A stretch of DNA of 64,000 bases from Candidatus Micrarchaeia archaeon (lineage in GTDB: Bacteria; Chloroflexota; Dormibacteria; Aeolococcales; Bog-877): positions 75,243 to 139,242 of the forward strand of contig DATLUG010000028.1 in NCBI GenBank assembly GCA_035533215.1. Reading direction: 5' to 3'. The notes under the pieces were generated by a model that was given only the letters and a program-made list of their open reading frames with translations, was not told the DNA's origin and did not search any database. The position numbers and the translations under genes were made by a program. This document shows positions 50,908-59,939 of this stretch, piece by piece (position 1 is the stretch's first letter; each line of letters opens with the position of its first letter).

Positions 50908-51294
50908 TCAGTCGATCCGGACCGGCCGCCACTCGCCGTGGTGGTCGGAGCAGGCGCCGCGCCGTCCCCCGGACCGGCTGTAGGTCCGGTCGCGGCACTC
51001 CACCATGTACCCGCGACCGGCCCAGAAGGCACCGATGCAGCGGAAGTACCGGCACACCGCCCGCGCCGGGTGGAGGATCAGCCGTCCGCGCGGGCACAGG
51101 GTGTAGTGGAAGGGGTTGGGGGGCGCCCCGCAGCGGCCGGCGACGGTTCCCGCATGGCGGGATGAAGCCGGTGCGGTGGGTCCGGCGGCCGCTGCCTGCC
51201 AGCCGCCGGCGAGTGCCAGTGACGCCCCGCACGCCATCGCTGCCACCAGCCTGGGGAGGGTGCGGCGGAGCGCTGCAGGCGGATGGGACGGCAT
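50908..51294 (-). CDS. Small secreted Cys-rich protein (C-terminus resembles the DUF3761 pattern)
   Basis: AGGAGG lies upstream of the ATG at 51294. The signal peptide is LPRLVAAMACGASLALAGG. The C-terminus reads CRDRTYSRSGGRRGACSDHHGE, a C-x-D-x-x-x-S-x-S...G-x-CS-x-H-G pattern. Confidence 0.6.
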   Translation of the reverse strand: MPSHPPAALRRTLPRLVAAMACGASLALAGGWQAAAAGPTAPASSRHAGTVAGRCGAPPNPFHYTLCPRGRLILHPARAVCRYFRCIGAFWAGRGYMVECRDRTYSRSGGRRGACSDHHGEWRPVRID

Positions 51295-51608
51295 GGCGAG
51301 ACCTCCTGACCGGGCCCAGGGCGTTCGAGGCCCACGGTAGTCGATCGCCTCCGCCCTGGTGGCCACACCGTCCCAGCGGGCCGGGGCCGCGCTATCCTCC
51401 GGTCGACGGACCGGTGGCCGCGGGGAGGACCTGGTGCCAAGGGTCTACGGGCGGGTGGGGTGCTGGCCGGCCGGGCTCGGGTGCGGCTGCCCGTTCGTTC
51501 CCGCCCTCGTCGCCGCGGCCGTCCGGGGAACGGGCGGCGCGCCGCCGACGGGCCCGAGGCCGCCGCGCGGCGATCTCGGCCAGCCCCGGCGGGGTGTCAA
51601 ATCCTCCC

Positions 51609-51637
51609 TTGACCGGCCGTTGTCGACAATCTATGAT
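51609..51637 (+). promoter_or_regulatory. Near-consensus sigma-70-type promoter (TTGACC, 17 nt, TATGAT) with a 10-bp palindrome TTGTCGACAA in the spacer
   Basis: Read directly from the sequence, about 50 nt upstream of the SBP gene ATG (51687). That gene has the SD GGTAGGAGGGG. The palindrome occupies 51620-51629. Confidence 0.55.
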
Positions 51638-51686
51638 CGACATCCTAGAGACGGCGTCGATCGCCGGTCGAGGGTAGGAGGGGACC

Positions 51687-53507
51687 ATGAAGTCGATCCA
51701 TCGGCGTGTCCTGGCCATGGGTGTCCTGGGCGCCGCCTTCCTGCTGGCCGCCTGCGGCGGGGGCCCGGCCCGGCCCGTTCCCGCCGCCCCCACCGGCACG
51801 GTGAAGTTCGCCCTGCCCCCCGGGCAGACGCCCAGCTACGTCTTTCCGCTGATGAGCGGGGCCTATTCCAACAACATCAACATCTTCCAGCTCGACGCCC
51901 TCCTCTACCCGCCCATCTACTGGTTCGGCCACAACGGTCAACCCAGCATCAACTACCACCTCAGCATCGCCCGCCCTCCGGTCTTCTCCAACGGTGGCCG
52001 CACCGTCACCATCACCCTCAAGCACGACATCTGGTCCGACGGCCGTCCGGTCACCAATCGCGACGTCGAGTTCTGGATGCGACTGCTGTTCGCCAACAAG
52101 GCGGACTGGCTCGGCTACGTCCCCGGGAGCATTCCCGACGACGTGACCGCGATGAGCTTCCCCAAGTCCACCCCGCAGACGTTCAGCCTCACCTTCAATC
52201 GCGCCTACAGCCACCTCTGGCTGCTCTACAACCAGCTGAGCCAGATCGAGCCGATGCCCCAGCACGCCTGGGACAAGACCTCGATGAAGGGGCGGATCGG
52301 CAACTACGACCGCAGCCGCCGCAGCGCCGTGGCGGTGTACAACTTCCTCAATGGGCAGTCGCGCGACCAGCCGACCTACGCCAGCAACCCGCTCTGGAAG
52401 GTGGTGGACGGTCCCTGGGAGATCAGCGCCTACAGCCCGGCGACCGGCTACGTGGCCTTCACCCCCAACCGGCGCTTCGTGGGAACCCGCTCGCACATCG
52501 CCCACTTCGAGGAGATCCCCTTCACCAGCGACACCGCCGAGTTCAACGCCCTGCGGGCGGGTCAGCTCGACTACGGCTACATCCCCGCCCAGGACCTCAC
52601 CCAGAGCCACTTCTTCACCAGCCACGGCTACGGCATCGATCCCTGGGTGGCCTGGGGGTTCAACGCCCTCTTCGTCAACTACACCAATCCCAAGGTGGGG
52701 CCGATGTTCAAGCAGTTGTACCTGCGTCAGGCCATGCAGCGCCTGATCGACCAGACCCGGATCATCCGCGACATCTACCGTGGCGCCGCCTTCCCCACCT
52801 ACGGGCCGGTTCCGGTGCACCCGGCCAACTCGTTCGTGAGCTCGGTGGAGCTCCACAATCCGTACCCCTTCAGCATCGCCGCCGCGCGCGCGCTGCTGGC
52901 CGCCAATGGCTGGGCGGTCCACCCCAGCCGGATCGACACCTGCGTCCGGCCCGGCACCGGTCACGGTGAGTGCGGAGCCGGGATCGCTCGCGGTGCCCAG
53001 CTCAACTTCTCGATGGTCGCCGCCAACGGGTCGGAGCCGTTCGACGCCGAGATGCAGACCATCCAGTCCGATTGGTCGCTGGCCGGGATCCACATCACCC
53101 TCAGCACCTCGTCGCCCTCCTCGATCCTCTCCATCGCCGTTCCCTGCAACCACAAGACCCAGGCCGGCTGCACCTGGCAGATCGTCGACCCGTCGCCCCC
53201 CGGCGGCACCCCCACCTACTCGCCGGAGTACCTGCCCACCGGGGAGGTCTGGTTCGCCACCGGCGGCAACAACAACATCTCCGGCTACAGCAACAAGCTG
53301 ATGGATGCCAAGATCCTCGCCACCACCGTGCAGTCCAGCCTGGCGGTGTTCAAGGAGTACGAGAACTACGTGGCCCTGCAGCTGCCCGAGCTGTGGCAGC
53401 CCAGCTACTACTACCAGGACTCGGTGATCTCGAAGCGGCTCAAGGGCGCCCTGCCGCAGGATCCCAACCTCAACATCTACCCGCAGACCTGGACCCTCAG
53501 CCGCTGA
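51687..53507 (+). CDS. ABC transporter substrate-binding lipoprotein, family 5 (peptide/nickel/oligosaccharide type)
   Basis: Lipoprotein signal MKSIHRRVLAMGVLGAAFLLAACG. The 606-aa length and internal segments (YNFLNG..., LRQAMQRLIDQ...) are typical of SBP_bac_5 proteins. Confidence 0.8.
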   Translation: MKSIHRRVLAMGVLGAAFLLAACGGGPARPVPAAPTGTVKFALPPGQTPSYVFPLMSGAYSNNINIFQLDALLYPPIYWFGHNGQPSINYHLSIARPPVFSNGGRTVTITLKHDIWSDGRPVTNRDVEFWMRLLFANKADWLGYVPGSIPDDVTAMSFPKSTPQTFSLTFNRAYSHLWLLYNQLSQIEPMPQHAWDKTSMKGRIGNYDRSRRSAVAVYNFLNGQSRDQPTYASNPLWKVVDGPWEISAYSPATGYVAFTPNRRFVGTRSHIAHFEEIPFTSDTAEFNALRAGQLDYGYIPAQDLTQSHFFTSHGYGIDPWVAWGFNALFVNYTNPKVGPMFKQLYLRQAMQRLIDQTRIIRDIYRGAAFPTYGPVPVHPANSFVSSVELHNPYPFSIAAARALLAANGWAVHPSRIDTCVRPGTGHGECGAGIARGAQLNFSMVAANGSEPFDAEMQTIQSDWSLAGIHITLSTSSPSSILSIAVPCNHKTQAGCTWQIVDPSPPGGTPTYSPEYLPTGEVWFATGGNNNISGYSNKLMDAKILATTVQSSLAVFKEYENYVALQLPELWQPSYYYQDSVISKRLKGALPQDPNLNIYPQTWTLSR

Positions 53508-53652
53508 TCCAGACGCGCGGCGGCCCGACCGAGGCTGGGTGCGGCACCCGTGCCAATCGGGCCGGCACCGCCGGCGCGCGCCGACCCCGGGGCGGGCTGC
53601 CGCCGCACGGGCCGGGGCGCGACCGGCGGCCTCAGGCCGCGGCGGTCGGCCG

Positions 53653-54411
53653 TTGACCGGCAGCACGGTCCTGCTGGCGCTGGCGGTCTTCGGTGCCAGC
53701 GCGGTGGAGGCGGTCGAGGCCCTCACCATCGTGGTGGCGGCGGGCATCACCCGGGGGTGGCGGTCCACCCTGGAGGGGGCTGCGGTGGCGCTGCTGGCGC
53801 TCGCCGCCGTGGTCGCCGCGCTCGGCCCCGCCCTGGTCCACTACGTCCCCCTGGGCCTCCTCCGCCTCCTGATCGGCGGGCTGCTGCTGATCCTCGGACT
53901 GCAGTGGCTGCGCAAGGCCATCCTGCGGGCTGCCGGCCACAAGGCCAAGCATGACGAGGACGCCATCTACCAGCGGGAGGTGGCGCGCCTCCAGGCGCTG
54001 CCGCGGCTGGCCGGCCGGCGCGACGCCACCGCCTTCGTCATCAGCTTCAAGGGGGTGTTCCTGGAGGGGATGGAGGTGGTGATGGTGGTCCTCACGCTGG
54101 GGATCAGCTCCGGCAAGCTGGCGGTGGCGACCGTCGCCGCCCTGGCCGCGATCGTGGTGGTGAGCGCGGTGGGGGTGGTCGTCTCCCGCCAGCTGAGCGA
54201 GGTTCCCGAGAACGCACTCAAGATGGGCGTGGGTCTGATGCTGGTCAGCTTCGGGACCTTCTGGAGCGGGGAGGGAGCCGGCGTCCGCTGGCCGGGATCG
54301 GACCTTGCCATCCTCGGCCTGCTGGTGCTCTACGGGCTGGTGGCCCTGGTCGCCGTCCGGGGGCTCGAGCGCGCGCCGGTGACGCCGCCGTCGAGCGCGG
54401 AGGCGGCGTGA
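53653..54411 (+). CDS. Polytopic membrane protein (COG4280-like), two internal repeats with acidic intramembrane motifs
   Basis: The TTG start gives LTGSTVLLALAVFGASAVEAVEALTIVVAAG. The second half reads FKGVFLEGMEVVMVVLTLG. About 6 TM segments. Confidence 0.6.
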   Translation: MTGSTVLLALAVFGASAVEAVEALTIVVAAGITRGWRSTLEGAAVALLALAAVVAALGPALVHYVPLGLLRLLIGGLLLILGLQWLRKAILRAAGHKAKHDEDAIYQREVARLQALPRLAGRRDATAFVISFKGVFLEGMEVVMVVLTLGISSGKLAVATVAALAAIVVVSAVGVVVSRQLSEVPENALKMGVGLMLVSFGTFWSGEGAGVRWPGSDLAILGLLVLYGLVALVAVRGLERAPVTPPSSAEAA

Positions 54412-54614
54412 GCCCAGCCCGCGCCCTGGGCGCGTTCGGGCACTTCTGGTGGGAGTTCCTGGTCGGGGACACGCCCGAGCTGGCGGTCGGGTCGGTAGCG
54501 GCGATCGCGGTCGGCTTCGGTGTCGCCCACGGGGCCGGCGCCCTGTTCGTGCTCTTCCCGGCCGCGGTGGTGGGGCTGCTCGGCCTCAGCGTCTGGCGCG
54601 GTCGGCGGCGCTGA
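54408..54614 (+). CDS. Small (68 aa) two-TM membrane protein
   Basis: The GTG start overlaps the upstream stop (GTGA). FGHFWWEFLVGDTPELAVGSVAAIAVGFGVAHGAGALFVLFPAAVVGLLGLSVW. Confidence 0.45.
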   Translation: MSPARALGAFGHFWWEFLVGDTPELAVGSVAAIAVGFGVAHGAGALFVLFPAAVVGLLGLSVWRGRRR

Positions 54615-54744
54615 GACCCTGCCCCCCGTCGAGCGGACGGCCGGCAGCACCCACGGCGCCCACCACGCGTCGGTCCGCCCGGGCGCGGCCCGGGCGCGGC
54701 CCGGGCGCCGGCGTAGACTGCGGGCCATGACAGGAGGGCCGGAC

Positions 54745-55023
54745 ATGGCGACGAACGGCACCCAGGCCCCGGGAGGCGAGGAGTGGGCCCGCTATGGCCG
54801 CGCCCTTGTCAGCGGCATGGCGGAGGTGGTCGGGGAGGTATCCGAGACGGCTCGTCCGCTCCTGCTGGAGACGGCCGACTACTGGCTCTCGGTGGGGTTG
54901 GCCATCGGCACCCAGCTGCCCGCGGCAGCCGCCCGGTTGCTGGCGCTGATCGAGACTGAGGAGCGGGGCCGGGCCGAACTGACGGCCGACGCGGACGCCT
55001 TCGTCGCGGACGCGCTCGGGTGA
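54745..55023 (+). CDS. Hypothetical protein (92 aa)
   Basis: GGAGG lies 7 nt upstream of the ATG at 54745. The product is acidic and helical. No family recognised. Confidence 0.45.
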   Translation: MATNGTQAPGGEEWARYGRALVSGMAEVVGEVSETARPLLLETADYWLSVGLAIGTQLPAAAARLLALIETEERGRAELTADADAFVADALG

Positions 55024-55187
55024 GGCGCCGGAGCCTGGTCTCCGAGCTCTACCATGCGGCCCGGGTGGCCAACGACGTCAGCACGGTCGCCTCCGGCAAC
55101 CCCCACCGGATCGCCCGCCGGGCCAAGAACAAGATCGTCGGCCGGGCGGTGGCGCGGGCGGGGCTCTGGCGGGCGCTCTGGGGCTGA
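55020..55187 (+). CDS. Small basic hypothetical protein (55 aa), not in the supplied ORF track
   Basis: The GTG start overlaps the upstream stop (GTGA). VRRRSLVSELYHAARVANDVSTVASGNPHRIARRAKNKIVGRAVARAGLWRALWG. Confidence 0.35.
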   Translation: MRRRSLVSELYHAARVANDVSTVASGNPHRIARRAKNKIVGRAVARAGLWRALWG

Positions 55188-55460
55188 CGCGGCGGCGGCC
55201 GCTCCGGCCGTCTCGGCGTCGCTCCCCCGGGCTCTGCGCGCCTTCCGGACCGGCTCCCTCCCACCCCCTGCGATCCACGACCCGGCCGGGCGCACCGGCT
55301 GGCGGCGGCGCGAAGGGCAGGGCGGGCGGTCGCGGGCGCACGCAGGGGGACCGCCAGTGCTGGGTCGGTCACCCTCGGGCGTGGTCGTTGGTGGCGCTCG
55401 CCCGCCTGCCCGCGATGGCCCTCGCAACGGGCGGCCGACCGAGGGGCCAGCGCCGGGTGG

Positions 55461-56308
55461 TCAGGTCGCGGTGTGGCGGCGGGAGAGCCGGATCGCGAGG
55501 GGGACGAAGACCGAACGGATGGCGAAGGACCAGAGCCGGATCGCCAGCTCAGGGTGCGCCATCGGCCAGATGTGGACCCGGGCCGACGGATTGGGGTTGC
55601 CGAAGGGCTGTCACAGGGAGGCGGTCCGGGCGCTGATGGGCTTCCAGTCGGCGACCGCCCGCAGCCAGGGCGCCATCCCCTGGGTGGCGACGGACGCGTT
55701 GGAGATGAACAACAGCGGAAAGATGAAGTTGAAGCTGGTCGCCTGGGCGGCCTCGGCGCTCCGGTAGACGATCCCGAGGCAGATTCCGACCCAGGTCATC
55801 GCGTCGGCGAAGCGGAGTGCCAGCCCGAATCCACCCAGCGCCGGCACCGTCCCGTTGTGGATCCGCCACCCGACCACGGCCCCGGCACCGGCGACGACGG
55901 CGAGGCCGATGAGGTTGGCCACGAGGTCCGCCACGGTGCGTCCGGCGAGGACGGCGTCCCTCGACATCGGCAGGGACCGGAAGCGGTCGATGATCCCCTT
56001 CGGGAGGTCGTCGGTGAGCCCGACGGCGGTGCCGGCGGCGGTGCCGGCGGCGGGCATGCCGAAGATGACCGCGACCAGATGGGCATGGAAGCTGGCAACA
56101 CTGGGAAGGGTGAGGCGCTGCCGAACACGTAGGTGAGCAGCAGCACGAACATGATGGGCTGGATGGTCACGTCGGAGCGCTGCATCGGTGCGCGGGCGAC
56201 GTGGGTGAGGCTGCGGCGGGCGAGGACGAGCACGTCGCGCTGCGACCAGCGGATCCGCCGCCACGCCGAGCCGGCGCCGAGGCCGGCGACCGCCGGAATC
56301 GTCATCAC
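55461..56308 (-). pseudogene. ABC-2-type (DrrB-like) exporter permease with a 1-nt frameshift (about 56120) and an in-frame TGA (55611-55613)
   Basis: Three pieces join into one permease. Frame A reads ...IQPIMFVLLLTYVFGSA. Frame B reads LTLPSVASFHAHLVAVIFGM...GIIDRFRSLPMSRDAVLAGR...WKPISARTASL*. The same frame then continues QPFGNPNPSARVHIWPM...AIRLSRRHTAT*. Confidence 0.7.
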
Positions 56309-56309
56309 G

Positions 56310-56700
56310 CTACGACGGCGTCGGCGAGCGCCGGTTCACCGGCGGCGGCCCACCCCGTCCCGTGACGGTGAGGGCGAGGAACACGTCGTCGAGCGATGGG
56401 CGGTGCAGGCCGAGGTCGACCGCGACCACCTGGGCCTCGTCGAGCGTGCGCACCACCTGGGACAGGATCAGGGCTCCCCGCGGCACCGGCGCGACGAGCC
56501 GTCCCGGTCCCTCGTCGATCCTGACCGGACCGCAGGTGTGATCGCTCAGTCCGCGTGCCGCGGCGGCGAGGTTGCTGGCTTGGCTGATGGTCAGCTCGAG
56601 GCGATCGCCCCCCACGTGGGCCGTGAGTTCGTCGGCGGTCCCCTCCGCGATCACCCGCCCGGCGTCGATCACAACGATCCGATCGGCCAGCGCTCGCCGA
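56310..56700 (-). pseudogene. C-terminal remnant of a DrrA-like ABC ATPase (no Walker A/B region found upstream)
   Basis: LADRIVVIDAGRVIAEGTADELTAHVGGDRLELT...RPSLDDVFLALT is the C-terminal part of ABC-2 system ATPases. The stop is 1 nt before the permease start. Upstream sequence does not translate to an NBD in any frame. Confidence 0.55.
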
Positions 56701-57659
56701 GCGCGATCCCGAGCACGTCGACCAGCACCGCTGCCAGCATCAGTAGTTGGATCGGCAGATGCGCGACACCTCGGTGCCCTCGCCGACCGGGTCCGGTTCG
56801 CTCGCGCGATCGGGGCCGTGGGCGGGGCCCCGGCCCTCACACCGCCAGCGTCCTCGCGGACGTGCCCGCTGACGAGCTCCGAAGCTGGATCCTGGAGGTC
56901 GCCCACGATCTCCTGGGCGGGACTGCGCGCCGCGGCCGGGGGCGGCCCCGCCGCAGCTGACGACATCGGAGCGCACCGGAGAGACCGCCTCCTCGTGGTC
57001 CTAGACCCGGAGCCGCCGAGCTGGCCGGCCCCCCGCGCGTCGTCGCCGAGCTAGACCCCTGCCTGCGCCACGACCGGCCGATGCCGAGCCGCCCCGGGCC
57101 GCGGACCTGGTGGCCCTGCGACCGGGAGCCCTCACCGAGCCACGGTCCGTCCCCTCCCCGATGCGGGGACCAGATCGGCGGCGGCAGGTCGCTTCGGCGA
57201 TGTGCGGTGTCCGACGCGTGCAGGCAGCCCCGGACCGCTGTGGGAACGGCATTGTCGACTGGCCCCACCTGTGGGCGCCGGGGTTGATGGTGCGGGCGAC
57301 GACCCGCGTCGGGGCTGGGGATGGGTGGGCGTTCGTCGTCGTCATCGGGGGGCGCGGGGAGCGGGGGGGGTGGACAACCGGGAAAGCGGGGGGAACAGCC
57401 AGGTCTCCCCGGGCAGGGCCGTGCCGTTCCGGGCCGCCTGGGCCCTCACAGCGGCGTGTTTTCGGCCGCACCGGCCGCGGACCCCGAAGGTCGGCCCGCG
57501 GCGACCTCGGGGCGGGCGGGTCGGCCGGTGGGGGGGGCCGCCGACGAGGGGGTCGGATCGCGGGGGGTGGCGTCGGTCGCGGGCGGGCGGCGCGGGTGCC
57601 GGCGGTCCGATGGCGCCGCCGCTGGGACCGGCGCATCGGCGGGGCCCCGGCGTCGGAGC

Positions 57660-58235
57660 GTCTGCTGCCCCCCCGAAGGCGGCGAAGGTCTCGACGTGGG
57701 CTTCGAGCAAGGCCTGCGGGGGGAGCTGCCCGCACGGGCAAGCGGAAGGCGGCCCCGCTGGCCCAGACGCGCATGGTGAAGAGGTCGAACTTCTCCGGCC
57801 CCCCGGGGAAGCGGACCCACGACTTGCCCAGGTCGACCTCGGCCGCGGCGCCGGGCTCGTGATGCTGCGGCACCATCACCTCCCGACCCCACCCAGCTCC
57901 CGCCGGCGCCCCCGGACATCGGCCCGGACCGTCCGCTCCGAGACCGCGGCCCCCTGCTCCGCGGTCAGCCGGGCCCAGATCCGGTGCGCCGTGTGACGCT
58001 GCTTGCGGGGCGCCGTCCGGCCGGCCTCGAGCATCGCGTCGATCGCCGGCTTCCACGGGGCCAGCACCGGCTGGGGATAGGGCCGCTCCTTCCGGGGCGG
58101 CGGCTCGGCGCTGCGCAGCGCCTGCCGGACGTCCCGGCGATGGCAGGCGTGCTGCCGGGCCAGCGCCCGGACGCTCCAGCCGTGCCGGGCGTGGTCCCAG
58201 CGGATCCGTTCAAAGAGCTCCACCTGGTCGTGCAC
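57660..58235 (-). pseudogene. istA: IS21-family transposase IstA, N-terminal part only, at least two frameshifts
   Basis: HTH region MHDQVELFERIRWDHARHGWSVRALARQHACHRRDVRQAL...KQRHTAHRIWARL. In other frames: VMVPQHHEPGAAAEVDLGKSWVRF...FDLFTMRVWASGAAF and FLEAHVETFAAFGG. Confidence 0.65.
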
Positions 58236-58293
58236 TCCTCATCTCCGTAGCTCCGGACACTGGCCGGGAGGCTACGGCTGGGGCGCTCAGGTT

Positions 58294-58348
58294 GGGGCCA
58301 AGTACCTCTGCCGATTCACCCCAAAGTGGGGCCAGATAACGCTGCCGA
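58294..58348. repeat. Two direct copies of an IS21-type terminal repeat (GGGGCCA-N8-TGCCGA)
   Basis: GGGGCCAAGTACCTCTGCCGA (58294-58314) and GGGGCCAGATAACGCTGCCGA (58328-58348), just outside the istA 5' end. IS21 ends characteristically carry multiple subterminal repeats. Confidence 0.45.
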
Positions 58349-58764
58349 ACCCACCAGCGGGCAGCATCGCACGGGATGGTCCGCGTGCCGCGGCGGCGAT
58401 CCGCTGTCGAAGCACTTGTGCCAGGTGACGACCGCAGCGGGATGTATGACTGGCCTCCTGAGATCAGGCTGAGAGCTTGGTAACGGAACAACGACCAAGT
58501 CCTATCGTGCGCGTAACGGAAGATGCGAGCGCCGAATCCGACGCTCAACTTCGCGTGCGTCGGGCCACGGCCAGCCGGGCGGGATCGCGGACCTGGCATC
58601 GGACAGCGTCACGGTGCGGCGCTCAGATAGTTCTGTCACCGGATTCTCAGTCGCATCTCATGCGGCCCAGTCCGGGGCGGTCTATGGTCACGCCAGACGC
58701 GACCGCCAGCTCCGGGGTGAGGTGGTCGCGGTCTACCAGCACCCCGAGCACGCGAGGAGATTGG

Positions 58765-59283
58765 ATGATGAAGCGACTTCGAATCTTGACGATGGCAGGA
58801 CTCGGCAGCGCCGCCCTGATGCTGGCGGTGGTGCCGGCAGCGGCACACGGCCCCAACAGTTCCCACAAGTCAACCGTTCTCGTAACCGGCAGAGGATCGC
58901 TGCTGGCTACCACGCCGGGCATCACAACCGGTGCGACATCGCGGGCGAACTTCGCGCTGGTGGTGCGTCAGGTGGGCACGGGGCCAGTCCGCGGGCACAC
59001 CGAGTTCCAGATTCACACTGGGCTCAAGCACTTGACCTTTTCCTCGACGTCGGAGAGCAACCTCGTGGTGACCGGCTGCACCGTGACCTACGGAGGCACT
59101 GGCCGGATGGGCCGTGCCCGCGGCTTCACATTCAGCGCGACAGCAGTCGACGCTAAGGTGAGCGGTTGCACCGCTACCAAGGATGAGTTCGCGATCACGA
59201 TCACCCCGCCGGTGGGAAGCGCGCGGGCCGTCTACACCCTAGCCCTGATCGCGCTGAGCCGGGGATCGATCACCCTTCGCTGA
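58765..59283 (+). CDS. Secreted hypothetical protein (172 aa) in a lower-GC islet
   Basis: GGAGA lies upstream of the ATG at 58765. Signal peptide MMKRLRILTMAGLGSAALMLAVVPAAAHG. The mature part is Thr/Gly/Ser-rich and looks beta-rich. Confidence 0.6.
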   Translation: MMKRLRILTMAGLGSAALMLAVVPAAAHGPNSSHKSTVLVTGRGSLLATTPGITTGATSRANFALVVRQVGTGPVRGHTEFQIHTGLKHLTFSSTSESNLVVTGCTVTYGGTGRMGRARGFTFSATAVDAKVSGCTATKDEFAITITPPVGSARAVYTLALIALSRGSITLR

Positions 59284-59310
59284 CCCGACATCGCGTCCCC
59301 GAGATGGGCA

Positions 59311-59337
59311 GGGGTGGCGCCCAATGGGCGCCACCCC
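59311..59337. terminator. Perfect 12-bp stem hairpin GGGGTGGCGCCC-AAT-GGGCGCCACCCC
   Basis: Read directly from the sequence, 28 nt after the stop of the secreted-protein gene. There is no U-tract, so it could act in either direction. Confidence 0.5.
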
Positions 59338-59939
59338 TCGACGTCGCAGGGAGCCTGGGGTGGCGCCGCTGCCGAGCCGGCGCTCGGAGCTGGCCGGAGG
59401 ACGGGTCGAGAACTCGGCGTCCCGCCAGGTCGAGGAGGCTGATCGCGACAGCGCCGCGCCCACGGCGGCCGCCACTCGATGCCCGGAGCGTGCCTGAGTA
59501 CCCCACCGGCAGCCTTGGCCGCAGCGCGCCCGTGTGGGCGCCTATCCCGAGGGCCTCGTGAGCAGCCCGAACTGCGGGGTGGTCTTCTGTGCCATCGACA
59601 CCACGGTCCGGCTCTGCAGCCGGGCCGCGAGCTTGGCTTAGGGCCGTCCGCGTGACGCCCCCTTCGTCGTGTCGCGGCCACATCGGCGGACGGACGGTCA
59701 GCTTCGCGCCCGCCAGCCACTTTGCCCAACAGTCGGCGAAGGTCGTCCGGCCGGTGGGGTGCGCCCCACCGATGTTGTGGTGTGCTACCGCTTCATCAGC
59801 GCCCTCTCCACGACGTCCCGGCGGCGTCCATAGACGGATGAAGCATCCGTGAGTCCGGCATCCCGGGATCCCGGCCCGCACGGCATTTCCCACTCGGCAG
59901 GAGCTGTGGGCGATCACGAATAGTGCAATGAGCTGATCA

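Noticed and set aside
56970-57650. Continuation of the IS21 istA gene, or other coding sequence (ORFs 57001..58056, 57110..57862, 57202..57996)
   Set aside because: After FLEAHVETFAAFGG, no frame continues with IstA-like sequence (no DDE region). All frames are Arg/Gly/Pro-rich with poly-G tracts, so the stretch is left unannotated.
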